A stretch of DNA of 64,000 nucleotides from positions 1,536,001-1,600,000 of the forward strand of contig OZ244720.1 of the NCBI GenBank assembly GCA_965219085.1. Direction: 5' to 3'. Under the pieces are notes generated by a model. That model saw nothing but the letters and a program-made list of their open reading frames with translations. It had not been told where the DNA came from and searched no databases. Shown here piece after piece: positions 13,320-23,018 of this stretch. Numbering within the stretch: position 1 is the first letter of the stretch; each line of letters begins with the position of its first letter. Made by a program: the position numbers and the translations under genes. The DNA comes from Dehalococcoidia bacterium. Its GTDB lineage: Bacteria > Chloroflexota > Dehalococcoidia > UBA2979.

Positions 13320-13514
13320 CTAGACGATCGAGTCACTCTTCTGCCGGTTGCAGTCTCCGCACAGGATCTGGATGTTGTCGATGGCGCCGCCGCCCTTCGC
13401 CACGGGGATCATGTGGTCGAACTGCAGGTCGTCTTCGGCCCCGCAGCGCGTGCATTGTCCGGCGTCGCGCTCCCGCACGAACGCGCGCACCTCGTCGGGG
13501 ATGCGCAGGCTCAC
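13320..13514 (-). CDS. Stand-alone mini HNH endonuclease
   Basis: RD..CTRC...DHMIPVAKGG...NIQILCGDCNRQK; GAGGGGG RBS. Confidence 0.88.
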   Translation of the reverse strand: MSLRIPDEVRAFVRERDAGQCTRCGAEDDLQFDHMIPVAKGGGAIDNIQILCGDCNRQKSDSIV

Positions 13515-13524
13515 GGCCGCCCCC

Positions 13525-14610
13525 TCACGACGGGACCTCGACGCTCGCGGGTGACGCGGCGACGGCGGCGGCGATCGAGGGACCGTAGGGAGCGCGCAGC
13601 ACGCCCCGCTCGGTCACGATCGCGTCGATGAGCTCCGCGCGTGTCACGTCGAACGCCGGGTTGAGGGCGCGCGCCCCCGGCGCGGCGAGGTCGGCGCCGC
13701 CCGGCCGCAGCACCTCGTCCTCGGCGCGCTCCTCGATCGGGATCGACGCGCCGTCGGGCGTGTGGGGATCGAGGGTGGAGACGGGCGCGACGATGTAGAA
13801 CGGGACGTGGTGGTGGCGGGCGAGCACGGCGAGCATGTAGGTGCCGATCTTGTTGGCGGTGTCGCCGTTTGCAGCAACGCGGTCGGCGCCCGTGACGACG
13901 GCGCTGACGCGGCCCGCGGCCATGAGCGAAGCCGCCGCCCCCTCGACGACGAGGCGGAATGGCACGTCGTGCTGCTGCAACTCCCACGCCGTGAGCCGCG
14001 CGCCCTGCAGGCGCGGGCGCGTCTCGCACGCGAGCACCTCGGTGAGGCGACCGCTGCGCCACCCCTCGACGATGACGCCGAGGGCGGTGCCGCCGCCCGC
14101 CGTGGCGAGCGGGCCGGTGTTGCAGAGCGTGAGCACGTGCGTGTCGGGCGGGAACAGCGCCGCGCCGAGCTCCGCCATGCGGGCATCGGCGTCGTGTTGC
14201 GCCTCGTGGATGGCGCGCGCCTCGTCGAGGGCGGCCGCGCGCGCCCCCTTGTCGCTCGACGACGACGCCACGCGCGCCGCGACGCGGTCCAGCGCCCAGC
14301 GCAGGTTGACGGCGGTCGGGCGCGTCGCGCCCAGCTCCCGCGCGGCCTCCTCGACGGTCCCGGCCACGTCCGATGACGCACGAGCAGCGGCCGCCGCGAG
14401 CGCGTATGCGGCGGTCACGCCGATGGCCGGCGCGCCGCGCACGCGCATCGTCGTGATCGCCTCGGCGGCGGCGTCGACGGTATCGAGGGGGATGTAGCGC
14501 GTCTCGCCGGGGAGCAGCGTCTGGTCGAGCAGCCACAGCCGCCCGTCGCGCCACGCGACGGGCTCGTACGGCTCGCGGGTGGTGGAAGCGGCAGCCGGTG
14601 CCCGTGCCAT
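13525..14610 (-). CDS. mtnA: S-methyl-5-thioribose-1-phosphate isomerase
   Basis: LLDQTLLP, MRVRGAPAIG, RPTAVNL, CNTGPLAT, ETRPRLQG, NKIGTY, NPAFDVT. Confidence 0.96.
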   Translation of the reverse strand: MARAPAAASTTREPYEPVAWRDGRLWLLDQTLLPGETRYIPLDTVDAAAEAITTMRVRGAPAIGVTAAYALAAAAARASSDVAGTVEEAARELGATRPTAVNLRWALDRVAARVASSSSDKGARAAALDEARAIHEAQHDADARMAELGAALFPPDTHVLTLCNTGPLATAGGGTALGVIVEGWRSGRLTEVLACETRPRLQGARLTAWELQQHDVPFRLVVEGAAASLMAAGRVSAVVTGADRVAANGDTANKIGTYMLAVLARHHHVPFYIVAPVSTLDPHTPDGASIPIEERAEDEVLRPGGADLAAPGARALNPAFDVTRAELIDAIVTERGVLRAPYGPSIAAAVAASPASVEVPS

Positions 14611-14859
14611 GTGCATATGGTAGAGCGAGCGGCCCTCCGGAGGCATCCGGGGGATGGGATTACATATCTAGTTACCCAAAGTGAAACAACGGGCTAGCCG
14701 AACACAGAATTGTCCCAAAAATAGTGGTCGGAATATGGGGGAGCGGCAATTCGGTCTGTTGTTTTTAGGTGCTCTCGAAATCCCCGCACATGAAAACCAA
14801 AAACCGATGTTCGTGTACGCTACTTGTCAAAAGGCCGCGCGCACACTTACGCTTGTGAC

Positions 14860-15105
14860 TCGAAGTGAGGGTCGGGCTAGCAGGGTTCATTTTGGCTTGG
14901 GGTGGTTTTGAGCGTATTCCCCGCGCCGAAAAGGAAAAACCCGCTGCCCGGCCCTCGCCTCGCGTCACAAGCCTCAGATAGAGCCTAGCACCCCCCAAAG
15001 GTGACCTGTCAACGGGCGTGACTGTCCGGCAAGTCCATGACGGCGAGCCTTGCTACCACCCCGGATGAGCCGGATGGGTACCTTGCGATATAGGCACCCA
15101 TCCGG
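14860..15105 (+). ncRNA. Unassigned structured RNA candidate with its own promoter
   Basis: TTGTCA(14824)-18-TACGCT(14848) promoter; long stem 14861-14962; strong hairpin 15070-15105; no credible ORF. Confidence 0.4.
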
Positions 15106-15158
15106 GCACTCTCGCCCAACATTGACCCCCGCCGGAGCCCGAACCTAGCATCGAGCCG

Positions 15159-15947
15159 ATGCCTGAACCGTCACCCGACCCGTTCGCGCGGATCGCGCGC
15201 TTCTACGACCTCGACCTCGAGGGCTTCGACGACGACCTCGCGCTCTACCTCCACCTCGCCGACGGCGTCGAGGTGATCGAGCTCGGCTGCGGCACGGGAC
15301 GCGTCGCCGTCCCGCTCGCCGAGGCGGGCGTGCGGGTCACGGGCGTCGACCTCAGTCCGGCGATGCTCGCCATCGCGCGCGGTCGCGCCGAGGGACTGCC
15401 GCTGCGGCTGATCGAGGGCGACCTGCGCACGCTCGACCTCGGCGAGCGCTTCGGCGCGGTGTTCGTCCCGCTCGGCGGACTCCAGCACATGGCGACCGCC
15501 GCCGAGGTCGCCGCCGCGCTCGCGACGGTCGCGCGCCACCTCGCCCCCGACGGTCAGGCGGTGGTCGACGTCGAGACGCCGCACCCGGACGATTGGCTGC
15601 CGGGCCCGCGGCCGCTGCTCCAGCACTGGACGCGCGAGTTGCCGCCTGAGCCGGGCTCGCTCGGAGGCGTCGTCACCAAGCTCGTCGCCGTCGAAGGCCG
15701 GCCGGTGGAGGCGCTGCGCGAGGTGACGTACCACTTCGACGTGCAGCCGCCGGAGGGGCCGCTGCAGCGCGTCACGCAGCAGTTCGCGCTGCGCGTCATC
15801 ACGGCCGGCGAGCTCGAGCTCGCCACGCGCCTCGCCGGGCTGCGCGTCGCCGCCTGGTACGGCGACTACGACGGGGCGCCGCCGCGCGAGGGCGACGACC
15901 GCCTGATCGCAGTCCTCGAACACGACGCAGGGAGAGGGGGCGCCTGA
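15159..15947 (+). CDS. Class I SAM-dependent methyltransferase
   Basis: VIELGCGTGR, GVDLSPAML; TTGACC-18-TAGCAT-7-ATG suggests a leaderless mRNA. Confidence 0.9.
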   Translation: MPEPSPDPFARIARFYDLDLEGFDDDLALYLHLADGVEVIELGCGTGRVAVPLAEAGVRVTGVDLSPAMLAIARGRAEGLPLRLIEGDLRTLDLGERFGAVFVPLGGLQHMATAAEVAAALATVARHLAPDGQAVVDVETPHPDDWLPGPRPLLQHWTRELPPEPGSLGGVVTKLVAVEGRPVEALREVTYHFDVQPPEGPLQRVTQQFALRVITAGELELATRLAGLRVAAWYGDYDGAPPREGDDRLIAVLEHDAGRGGA

Positions 15948-16951
15948 TGACGCGTGTTGTCCTCGACGCCATGGGCGGCGACCTCGCGCCGCAGGCCACG
16001 GTCGCCGGCGGCGTCGCCGCCGCGCGTGACGGCGTCAGCGTGGTACTCGTCGGCGTCGAGGAGCAGCTGCGCGCCGAGCTCGCCCGGATCGAGGAGCCGA
16101 CGCCCAACATCGAGGTCGTACACGCGCCCGAGGTCGTGGCGATGGGCGACCACGACGCGCGGACGGCGCTGCGGCGTCGCGACACCTCGATCGCCGTGGG
16201 CCTGGAACTGGTGCGCGACGGTGCGGCCGACGCGTTCATCTCCGCCGGCAACACCGGCGCCGTGCTCGCGGTCTCGCTCGTGCGGCTGGGGCGGCTGCCG
16301 GGCATCGAACGCCCGGCGATCGGCGTCGTAATCCCCACGCCGAAGGGGCCGCTGCTGCTGCTCGACGCGGGCGCGAACGCGGAGGCGCGGCCCGCGCACC
16401 TGCTACAGTGGGCGCGCCTCGGCTCCTCCTACATGCGCACCACGAGCGGGCTCGCCGCGCCCAGGGTCGGGCTGCTCAACATCGGCGAGGAGGCGACGAA
16501 AGGCTCGCAGGTGACGGTGGAGGCGCACGAGCTGCTGTCGGCGTCGGGCCTCAACTTCACGGGCAACATCGAGGGCCGCGACCTGCCATCGCATGGCGCG
16601 GACGTGGTGGTGGCGGACGGCTTCACGGGCAACGTCGTGCTCAAACTCGCCGAGGGGTTGAGCTCGATGCTCTTCGAGGAGCTGCGCGACGCCGCCTCGA
16701 CATCCCTGCGAGCGCGCATCGGCGGCCTGCTGATACGCCCGGCGGCGCGGCGCATGCGCGACCGCCTGGACTACCGCATCTACGGCGCGGCCCCGCTGCT
16801 CGGGCTGCAGGGCACGGTGTACATCGCGCACGGCGCGAGTGACGCGCGCGCCATCGCCAACGCGATCCGCAGCGCCGACGCGGCGGCATCCGCGGGGATC
16901 GTCGACGCGCTGCGCGCTGCGGCGGCCGAGGGGGATCAGGCGGCCTCGTAG
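15947..16951 (+). CDS. plsX: Phosphate acyltransferase PlsX
   Basis: LDAMGGDLAP, SAGNTGA, LLNIGEEATKG, DGFTGNVVLK. Confidence 0.96.
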   Translation: MTRVVLDAMGGDLAPQATVAGGVAAARDGVSVVLVGVEEQLRAELARIEEPTPNIEVVHAPEVVAMGDHDARTALRRRDTSIAVGLELVRDGAADAFISAGNTGAVLAVSLVRLGRLPGIERPAIGVVIPTPKGPLLLLDAGANAEARPAHLLQWARLGSSYMRTTSGLAAPRVGLLNIGEEATKGSQVTVEAHELLSASGLNFTGNIEGRDLPSHGADVVVADGFTGNVVLKLAEGLSSMLFEELRDAASTSLRARIGGLLIRPAARRMRDRLDYRIYGAAPLLGLQGTVYIAHGASDARAIANAIRSADAAASAGIVDALRAAAAEGDQAAS

Positions 16952-16973
16952 GTCCCGGTGCTGGCGGCGACGG

Positions 16974-17303
16974 TCAGGGCACGGGCTGTTCCCGGGGCTC
17001 GTCGCCCGCCTCGTCGGCGGGGGCGAAGCCGGCCGCGCCGGGGGCGAAGCGCCACCACAGCTTCATCGAGTCCCGCAGCTGCGCGATGCGCTCGGGGCTG
17101 TCGTCCTCGGCGAGGCAGCGTTCGAGGTGCGTGTCGAGGATGAGCGCACCGGCGGTGTCGATGCCGGAGCGCACGGCCATGAGCTGCGTGACGATGTCCT
17201 CGCAGGCGCGCTCGTTTTCGAGCATGCGGGCGATGCCGCGGATCTGGCCCTCGATGCGACGCAGGCGTGCGCTGACCTGGTCCGGGGTTGCCGAGTCGTT
17301 CAT
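16974..17303 (-). CDS. CsoR/RcnR-family metal-sensing repressor
   Basis: RLRRIEGQIRGI...C EDIVTQL...HLERC (C-H-C fingerprint). Confidence 0.92.
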   Translation of the reverse strand: MNDSATPDQVSARLRRIEGQIRGIARMLENERACEDIVTQLMAVRSGIDTAGALILDTHLERCLAEDDSPERIAQLRDSMKLWWRFAPGAAGFAPADEAGDEPREQPVP

Positions 17304-17333
17304 GGCTGCGTCCCCGCGCTGCTGCTGCTCTCG

Positions 17334-17390
17334 TTGACATACCCCACTGGGGTATATAGAATCCTATGTGTCCGGCAGGTGCCTTGTCAA
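17334..17390. promoter_or_regulatory. Overlapping divergent sigma70 promoters with CsoR-type operator
   Basis: Plus: TTGACA(17334)-17-TAGAAT(17357). Minus: TTGACA(17390)-18-TAGGAT. Operator ATACCCC-ACT-GGGGTAT at 17339-17355. Confidence 0.8.
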
Positions 17391-17593
17391 CGCGCAGTCG
17401 GCGTGGACGGGCGGGGTGCGGAGCCGGATCGAGGTCCGGGTGCGGCGAGCGGCGGCGCGTTCGGGCAGGGCTCCCCGGGATGACGTTTCCGGGTAGCAGT
17501 ACCCCCGGAGTAGCGGGGTCAAGCCGATCTTTGCTAGGTTGCGCGCGGCGCGGCGATACGATCGCCGGGCCCGCCAGTGCGAAAGGAATCCCA

Positions 17594-17920
17594 ATGGCAG
17601 CACCGACCAACACTTCCGACACCACCTTCAGCGCTGACGTGCTCGATCACGACACCCCGGTCCTGGTCGACTTCTGGGCCCCCTGGTGCGGCCCGTGCCG
17701 CATGGTCGCCCCCATCGTCGAGGAGCTCGCCGAGGACTACGACGGCCGCGTCAAGTTCGTGAAGCTCAACACGGACGAGAACCCGATGGTCGCCGGCCAG
17801 TACGGCATCCGCTCGATCCCCACGCTGCTCGTCTTCAAGGGCGGCGAGAAGGTCGGCGAGATCATCGGCTTCCGCCCCAAGGGCGACCTCTCCAAGCGCC
17901 TCGACGACGCGCTCGCCTAG
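17594..17920 (+). CDS. trxA: Thioredoxin
   Basis: [19 protein letters not shown]; AAAGGA RBS. Confidence 0.96.
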   Translation: MAAPTNTSDTTFSADVLDHDTPVLVDFWAPWCGPCRMVAPIVEELAEDYDGRVKFVKLNTDENPMVAGQYGIRSIPTLLVFKGGEKVGEIIGFRPKGDLSKRLDDALA

Positions 17921-18169
17921 CCGGTTACCGGCTCCTCGCCCTTGCGGCCGCCCGGCGGCCACAGGTCGGCCGGGACAGGCGAAGCACCAGCCGCGGCTTG
18001 CATTGCAGTCCGCGGCTTTCGTGTGTCCGGCGCCTCTGGTCGTCGCGCCCGCGGTCGTCGGGCTGGTGGGCGTCGGGTCGGCGGGCGTTGAGGCACACAC
18101 GCACGGACCGCGGCCGGGGGGCCGCGGTCCTTCGCGTGTCGACCGTGGTGGGGCTGGACCCCGGGGTCG

Positions 18170-18610
18170 TTACTTGCGGATGGTGCGGCCCTGCTTCTCC
18201 TCGAGGCGGGCGAGGGCGCGCCCCTTGTCGGGGTGCGGGTCCTTCACGAGGCCGTAGATCTCGCGGCCTTCGTGGTCTGCTGGGAGGTACTCGGTGATGG
18301 GAAGACCTTCCTCATTACAGAAGAGCAGTCAGTGGCAGTACTTGAACTTCTGCATCTCCTCGCAGGCGCAGATCCACGTCGAGCGTGTGACCTCCTCCTG
18401 CTTGTCGTCGTAGAAGTTGCAGGGGCAGAGCGGGCGCCCGAGGTCGTCGACGTGCTTGGCGAGGCCGATCACGAGGAACTCGGTGATCTCGCGCTGGGGG
18501 TGCAGGTACGAGCCGCTCTTCTCGGCGAACTTCTCGACGAACTTCCACATCCGGTTCAGCGACTTCTCCGACGCCTCCGCGCGGTCGGCGTCGGTTGGCT
18601 GTTCGAGCAC
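18170..18610 (-). CDS. Ferredoxin:thioredoxin reductase catalytic subunit, selenocysteine-containing (UGA at 18329-18331)
   Basis: CPC...CAC...CH-UGA-LLF matches the FTR CPC/CPC/CHC motifs; frame stays open to TAA at 18170; SECIS-like hairpin follows; start approximate. Confidence 0.88.
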
Positions 18611-18727
18611 GGTCAGGCTCCCGCCCGTTGCTGCGTGCGTGGTGGCCGGGTCAGCGTATCACGGCGCCCGCACTGGCACCCCGCGCTTCGAGGGGGCGGC
18701 GCGAGGCGCGACACGTGATGGACAAAA

Positions 18728-18897
18728 CGGATGGGCCGCGCGGAGTGGCTTGCGGATCGGTCCGCCGAAGCAAGCAGACGGGCCGCGCAGGGTGGCTTGA
18801 GGGGCGGTCCGCTGAGGCAAGCAGACGGGCCGCGCGGTGTGGCTTGAGGGGCGGTCCGCCGAGGCAAGCAGACGGGCCACCCGAGGGCGGCCCGTCC
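18728..18897. repeat. Three 47-bp tandem hairpin units plus a partial unit forming a terminator-like stem
   Basis: Units start at 18728, 18775, 18822 and 18869; consensus CAGACGGGCCGCGCrGnGTGGCTTGAGGGGCGGTCCGCyGAGGCAAG. Confidence 0.85.
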
Positions 18898-18923
18898 GTG
18901 TGCTCGAACGATGCGCTGCGAGG

Positions 18924-20618
<1,695 letters not shown>

Positions 20619-20630
20619 GCTGGACTGCTC

Positions 20631-20930
20631 CTAGCCGTCGACGAGCTTCGCGAGGACGTCCGAGAAGCGGATGATGATGTAGTCCTCGTTCTCGACGTTG
20701 ATCTCCTGGCCCGTGTACTTCTGGTAGAGGACCCGGTCACCGGCGCCGAGGTCGATGGTCTCGACGACGCCTGCTTCGTTCATCTTGCCGGGGCCGACGG
20801 AGACGACGTTGCCGTGCTGGGGCTTCTCCTTCGCGGACTCGGGGATGACGAGCCCGGAGGCGGTCATCTCGTCTTCCTCGACGGACTGCAGCACGATGTG
20901 ATCGGTGAGCGGGACGACTGACGTTGCCAA
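20631..20930 (-). CDS. groS: Co-chaperonin GroES
   Basis: PLTDHIV...TASGLVIPESAKEKPQ.G.V..VGPG; GGAGGT RBS with TTG start. Confidence 0.96.
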   Translation of the reverse strand: MATSVVPLTDHIVLQSVEEDEMTASGLVIPESAKEKPQHGNVVSVGPGKMNEAGVVETIDLGAGDRVLYQKYTGQEINVENEDYIIIRFSDVLAKLVDG

Positions 20931-21071
20931 GTTCGGTTACCTCCCCATTTGCCTGTCTTGCCTGCCTGGCTGGTATCCGCCGCCGCGGGACCGGAGCCGG
21001 CCTGACATGCTCGCGTCTCCTCCTCGGCCGCGACGTCCCGTCGCGCCCGCACCGCTGCGGCGAACGGTAGC

Positions 21072-21098
21072 TTAGCACTCTATATGGGAGAGTGCCAG
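21072..21098. promoter_or_regulatory. CIRCE (HrcA operator)
   Basis: TTAGCACTC-N9-GAGTGCCAG upstream of groES. Confidence 0.9.
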
Positions 21099-21126
21099 CG
21101 CCCCACACGCTCACGACGGCGAACGG

Positions 21127-21150
21127 ATCGTACACGAATTCGTGTACGAT
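21127..21150. promoter_or_regulatory. Perfect 24-bp palindrome containing a TACGAT -10 box on each strand
   Basis: ATCGTACACGAATTCGTGTACGAT between the divergent groES and HTH genes. Confidence 0.65.
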
Positions 21151-21157
21151 GGAGGGC

Positions 21158-21427
21158 ATGAGCGAGCAGGCCGGCGAGTACGGGGCCGGACAGCCACGCG
21201 GCGAGGAGTGGGCAAGCGGGCGGCGCGTGCGCCGGCTGCGCCGCCACCTCGGCGAGACGCAGGCGGCGTTCGCGGACCGCCTCGGCACGAACCAGCAGAC
21301 GGTGTCGGAGTGGGAGCGCGGCGCGCGCCAGCCGCGGCGCATGGCGCGGCGCCTGCTGCACCTCGTCGCCGAGCAGGCCGGCTACTACGACGCCAGCGAC
21401 GGCGCCGCCGCCGCCGAGGACGTGTAG
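21158..21427 (+). CDS. XRE-family helix-turn-helix protein
   Basis: VRRLRRHLGETQAAFADRLGTNQQTVSEWERG. Confidence 0.9.
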   Translation: MSEQAGEYGAGQPRGEEWASGRRVRRLRRHLGETQAAFADRLGTNQQTVSEWERGARQPRRMARRLLHLVAEQAGYYDASDGAAAAEDV

Positions 21428-21431
21428 GCGC

Positions 21432-22538
21432 GTGGTCACCACCGTCCCCCCGCCGCGCGCCGTCGCCCGCACCGCCGCTCCGCTGCGGGAGCGGGAGCTC
21501 GTTGCGCTGTGGCTGCTCGGGCGCGTGCCGGCGGAGCTGCTGCCGTGGCCGCTGCTGCGCGCGGGTCGCGCCGGGCGCGGGCCCGGGCCGGACGTGCGCG
21601 AGGCCGCGTTCGCGGGCCCGGACGGCGTGGTGCTGTGCGGGGACGTCGAGGTCCACCTCGCGGCCAGTGACTTCGTGCACCACGGCCACCTCGCCGACCC
21701 GGCGTACGCGGGCGTCGTGCTGCACCTCGTGTGGGCGGACGACCGGGCGCTGCGCGGCACGCCGCAACCGCTCCCCGGGGGCGCGAGCGCGCCGGCGGTG
21801 GAGGTCGGGCCGGCGCTGGGCCGGGACCCGGATCGCCTGCGGCGGCTGCTGCGGCGGGGGCCGCGCGGCGCGGAGCCATGCGCCGCCGCGTCGCGGGCGC
21901 GCGGGATCGCGGCCACCTCGGAGCTCGTGCGCGCGGAGGGCCGGCGTCGGCTCGCCGAACGCGCGTGGCGCGCCGCCGAACTCGCCGCGGAGCACGGCTG
22001 GGACGGCGCGTGGGACGTGCTGCTGGACGGCGCGCTGCACGGCAGCGCCGGACGCCGTCGCGAGACCCCGGAGGAGCGCGCCGGGCTCGCGGCGCGGCTC
22101 AGTGCAACGCTGTGCTCCCCTGCACGCGGGGATACCCCGTGTCTTCCTTCCCGCGGGGATACCCCGCGGGGGCCGGACGTGCTGCGCGCCCTGCGCGGGC
22201 ACGCCCTGGACGGCGGGGCGCGGCCGCGCGCACTGATCGCGGCGCTCCGCGGCGAGGGCGCGGTCGGCCCGGGCCGCGCCGCCGAGCTGGGCTGGAACGC
22301 CGCGCTGCCGCTGCTCGCCGCCGCGGCCGCCGCCTACGACGACGCCCCCCTCGCGCGCGCCACGGCGGATCTCGCCGAACGCTGGCCGGCGCCGCGTCCC
22401 TACGGCCGCACGCGCGCGCTCGCGGGCCTGCTCGGCCCGCCGCCGCGCGGCGCCGGCGCGCAGCACGCGCAAGGCCTGCTCCACCTCCAGGACCTGTGGT
22501 GCGAACGCGGCGGCTGCGGGACCTGTCCGGTCTCATAG
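21432..22538 (+). CDS. DUF2851-like protein
   Basis: GPGPD...GDVEVH...HGH..DPAY..VVLHLVW; C-terminal QGLLHL...C..GGC..CP. Confidence 0.75.
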   Translation: MVTTVPPPRAVARTAAPLRERELVALWLLGRVPAELLPWPLLRAGRAGRGPGPDVREAAFAGPDGVVLCGDVEVHLAASDFVHHGHLADPAYAGVVLHLVWADDRALRGTPQPLPGGASAPAVEVGPALGRDPDRLRRLLRRGPRGAEPCAAASRARGIAATSELVRAEGRRRLAERAWRAAELAAEHGWDGAWDVLLDGALHGSAGRRRETPEERAGLAARLSATLCSPARGDTPCLPSRGDTPRGPDVLRALRGHALDGGARPRALIAALRGEGAVGPGRAAELGWNAALPLLAAAAAAYDDAPLARATADLAERWPAPRPYGRTRALAGLLGPPPRGAGAQHAQGLLHLQDLWCERGGCGTCPVS

Positions 22539-22807
22539 CAGGATTGGCCTCGCGTGGGTCGATGAGGTGGGGACCGTGATCATGCATGGACTGCACGGTC
22601 GTTGAGCGCCCGGCGGCGACAGCCGCTCTTTGCTGGAGGGGCCTCGGCCCAACCTGCGACGGCAAGGCGCTGCGTCTGTTTCGCCCACCCCGTCATTGAG
22701 GATCCGGGTCCGGGTGCCCCTTGTGCCTGGGAGTGGCGCTGCCTGACGGCCTCGGCGACTCGTGCGCGAACTGACGCCCTCGGCGGCTGGGGCCGTAGAA
22801 TCAGCGC

Positions 22808-22904
22808 GGGAGTGGATGGTGTCCGGTGGCGCCCGCGGTCTTCAAAACCGTTGTGGGGCTGCGTCGCAGTCCCGGGTGGGTTCGACCCCCACGCACTCCC
22901 GCCA
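22808..22904 (+). tRNA. selC: tRNA-Sec (anticodon UCA)
   Basis: 97 nt; GGGAGTG/CACTCCC-GCCA acceptor; anticodon arm GCGGT-CTTCAAA-ACCGT; long variable arm; GTGGG-TTCGACC-CCCAC T arm; TAGAAT -10 upstream. Confidence 0.95.
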
Positions 22905-23018
22905 GGCGGCACTGCTGCCCTCTTGCAGGAGTTGGGCTGGCCGTGCGACGGGTCGGAGAGTGCTTGGTCGGCTGGTTGCGCGCCCACCGATCGAGCAGCG
23001 GCGCAGCCGGGCACACGT

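Noticed and set aside
14970-15075. SAM-I riboswitch on the minus strand ahead of the mtnA-metK operon
   Set aside because: Has CUCAUC and GGUGCUA fragments but lacks the closing GAUGAG and the GCAACC core; not supportable without cmscan
17366-17593. N-terminal extension of thioredoxin (184-aa ORF)
   Set aside because: Low-complexity Arg/Gly translation; a good RBS precedes ATG17594
17940-18135. Hairpin cluster between trxA and the FTR gene as an ncRNA or small Cys-rich ORF
   Set aside because: Explained adequately by terminators for convergent genes; no RBS, promoter or family motif seen
18728-18897. CRISPR array
   Set aside because: Units are similar over their whole length, with no unique spacers
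22112-22166. CRISPR array (type I-E-like repeat)
   Set aside because: Only two abutting degenerate units, no spacers, inside an ORF, and no cas genes in the window; kept only as a palindromic element
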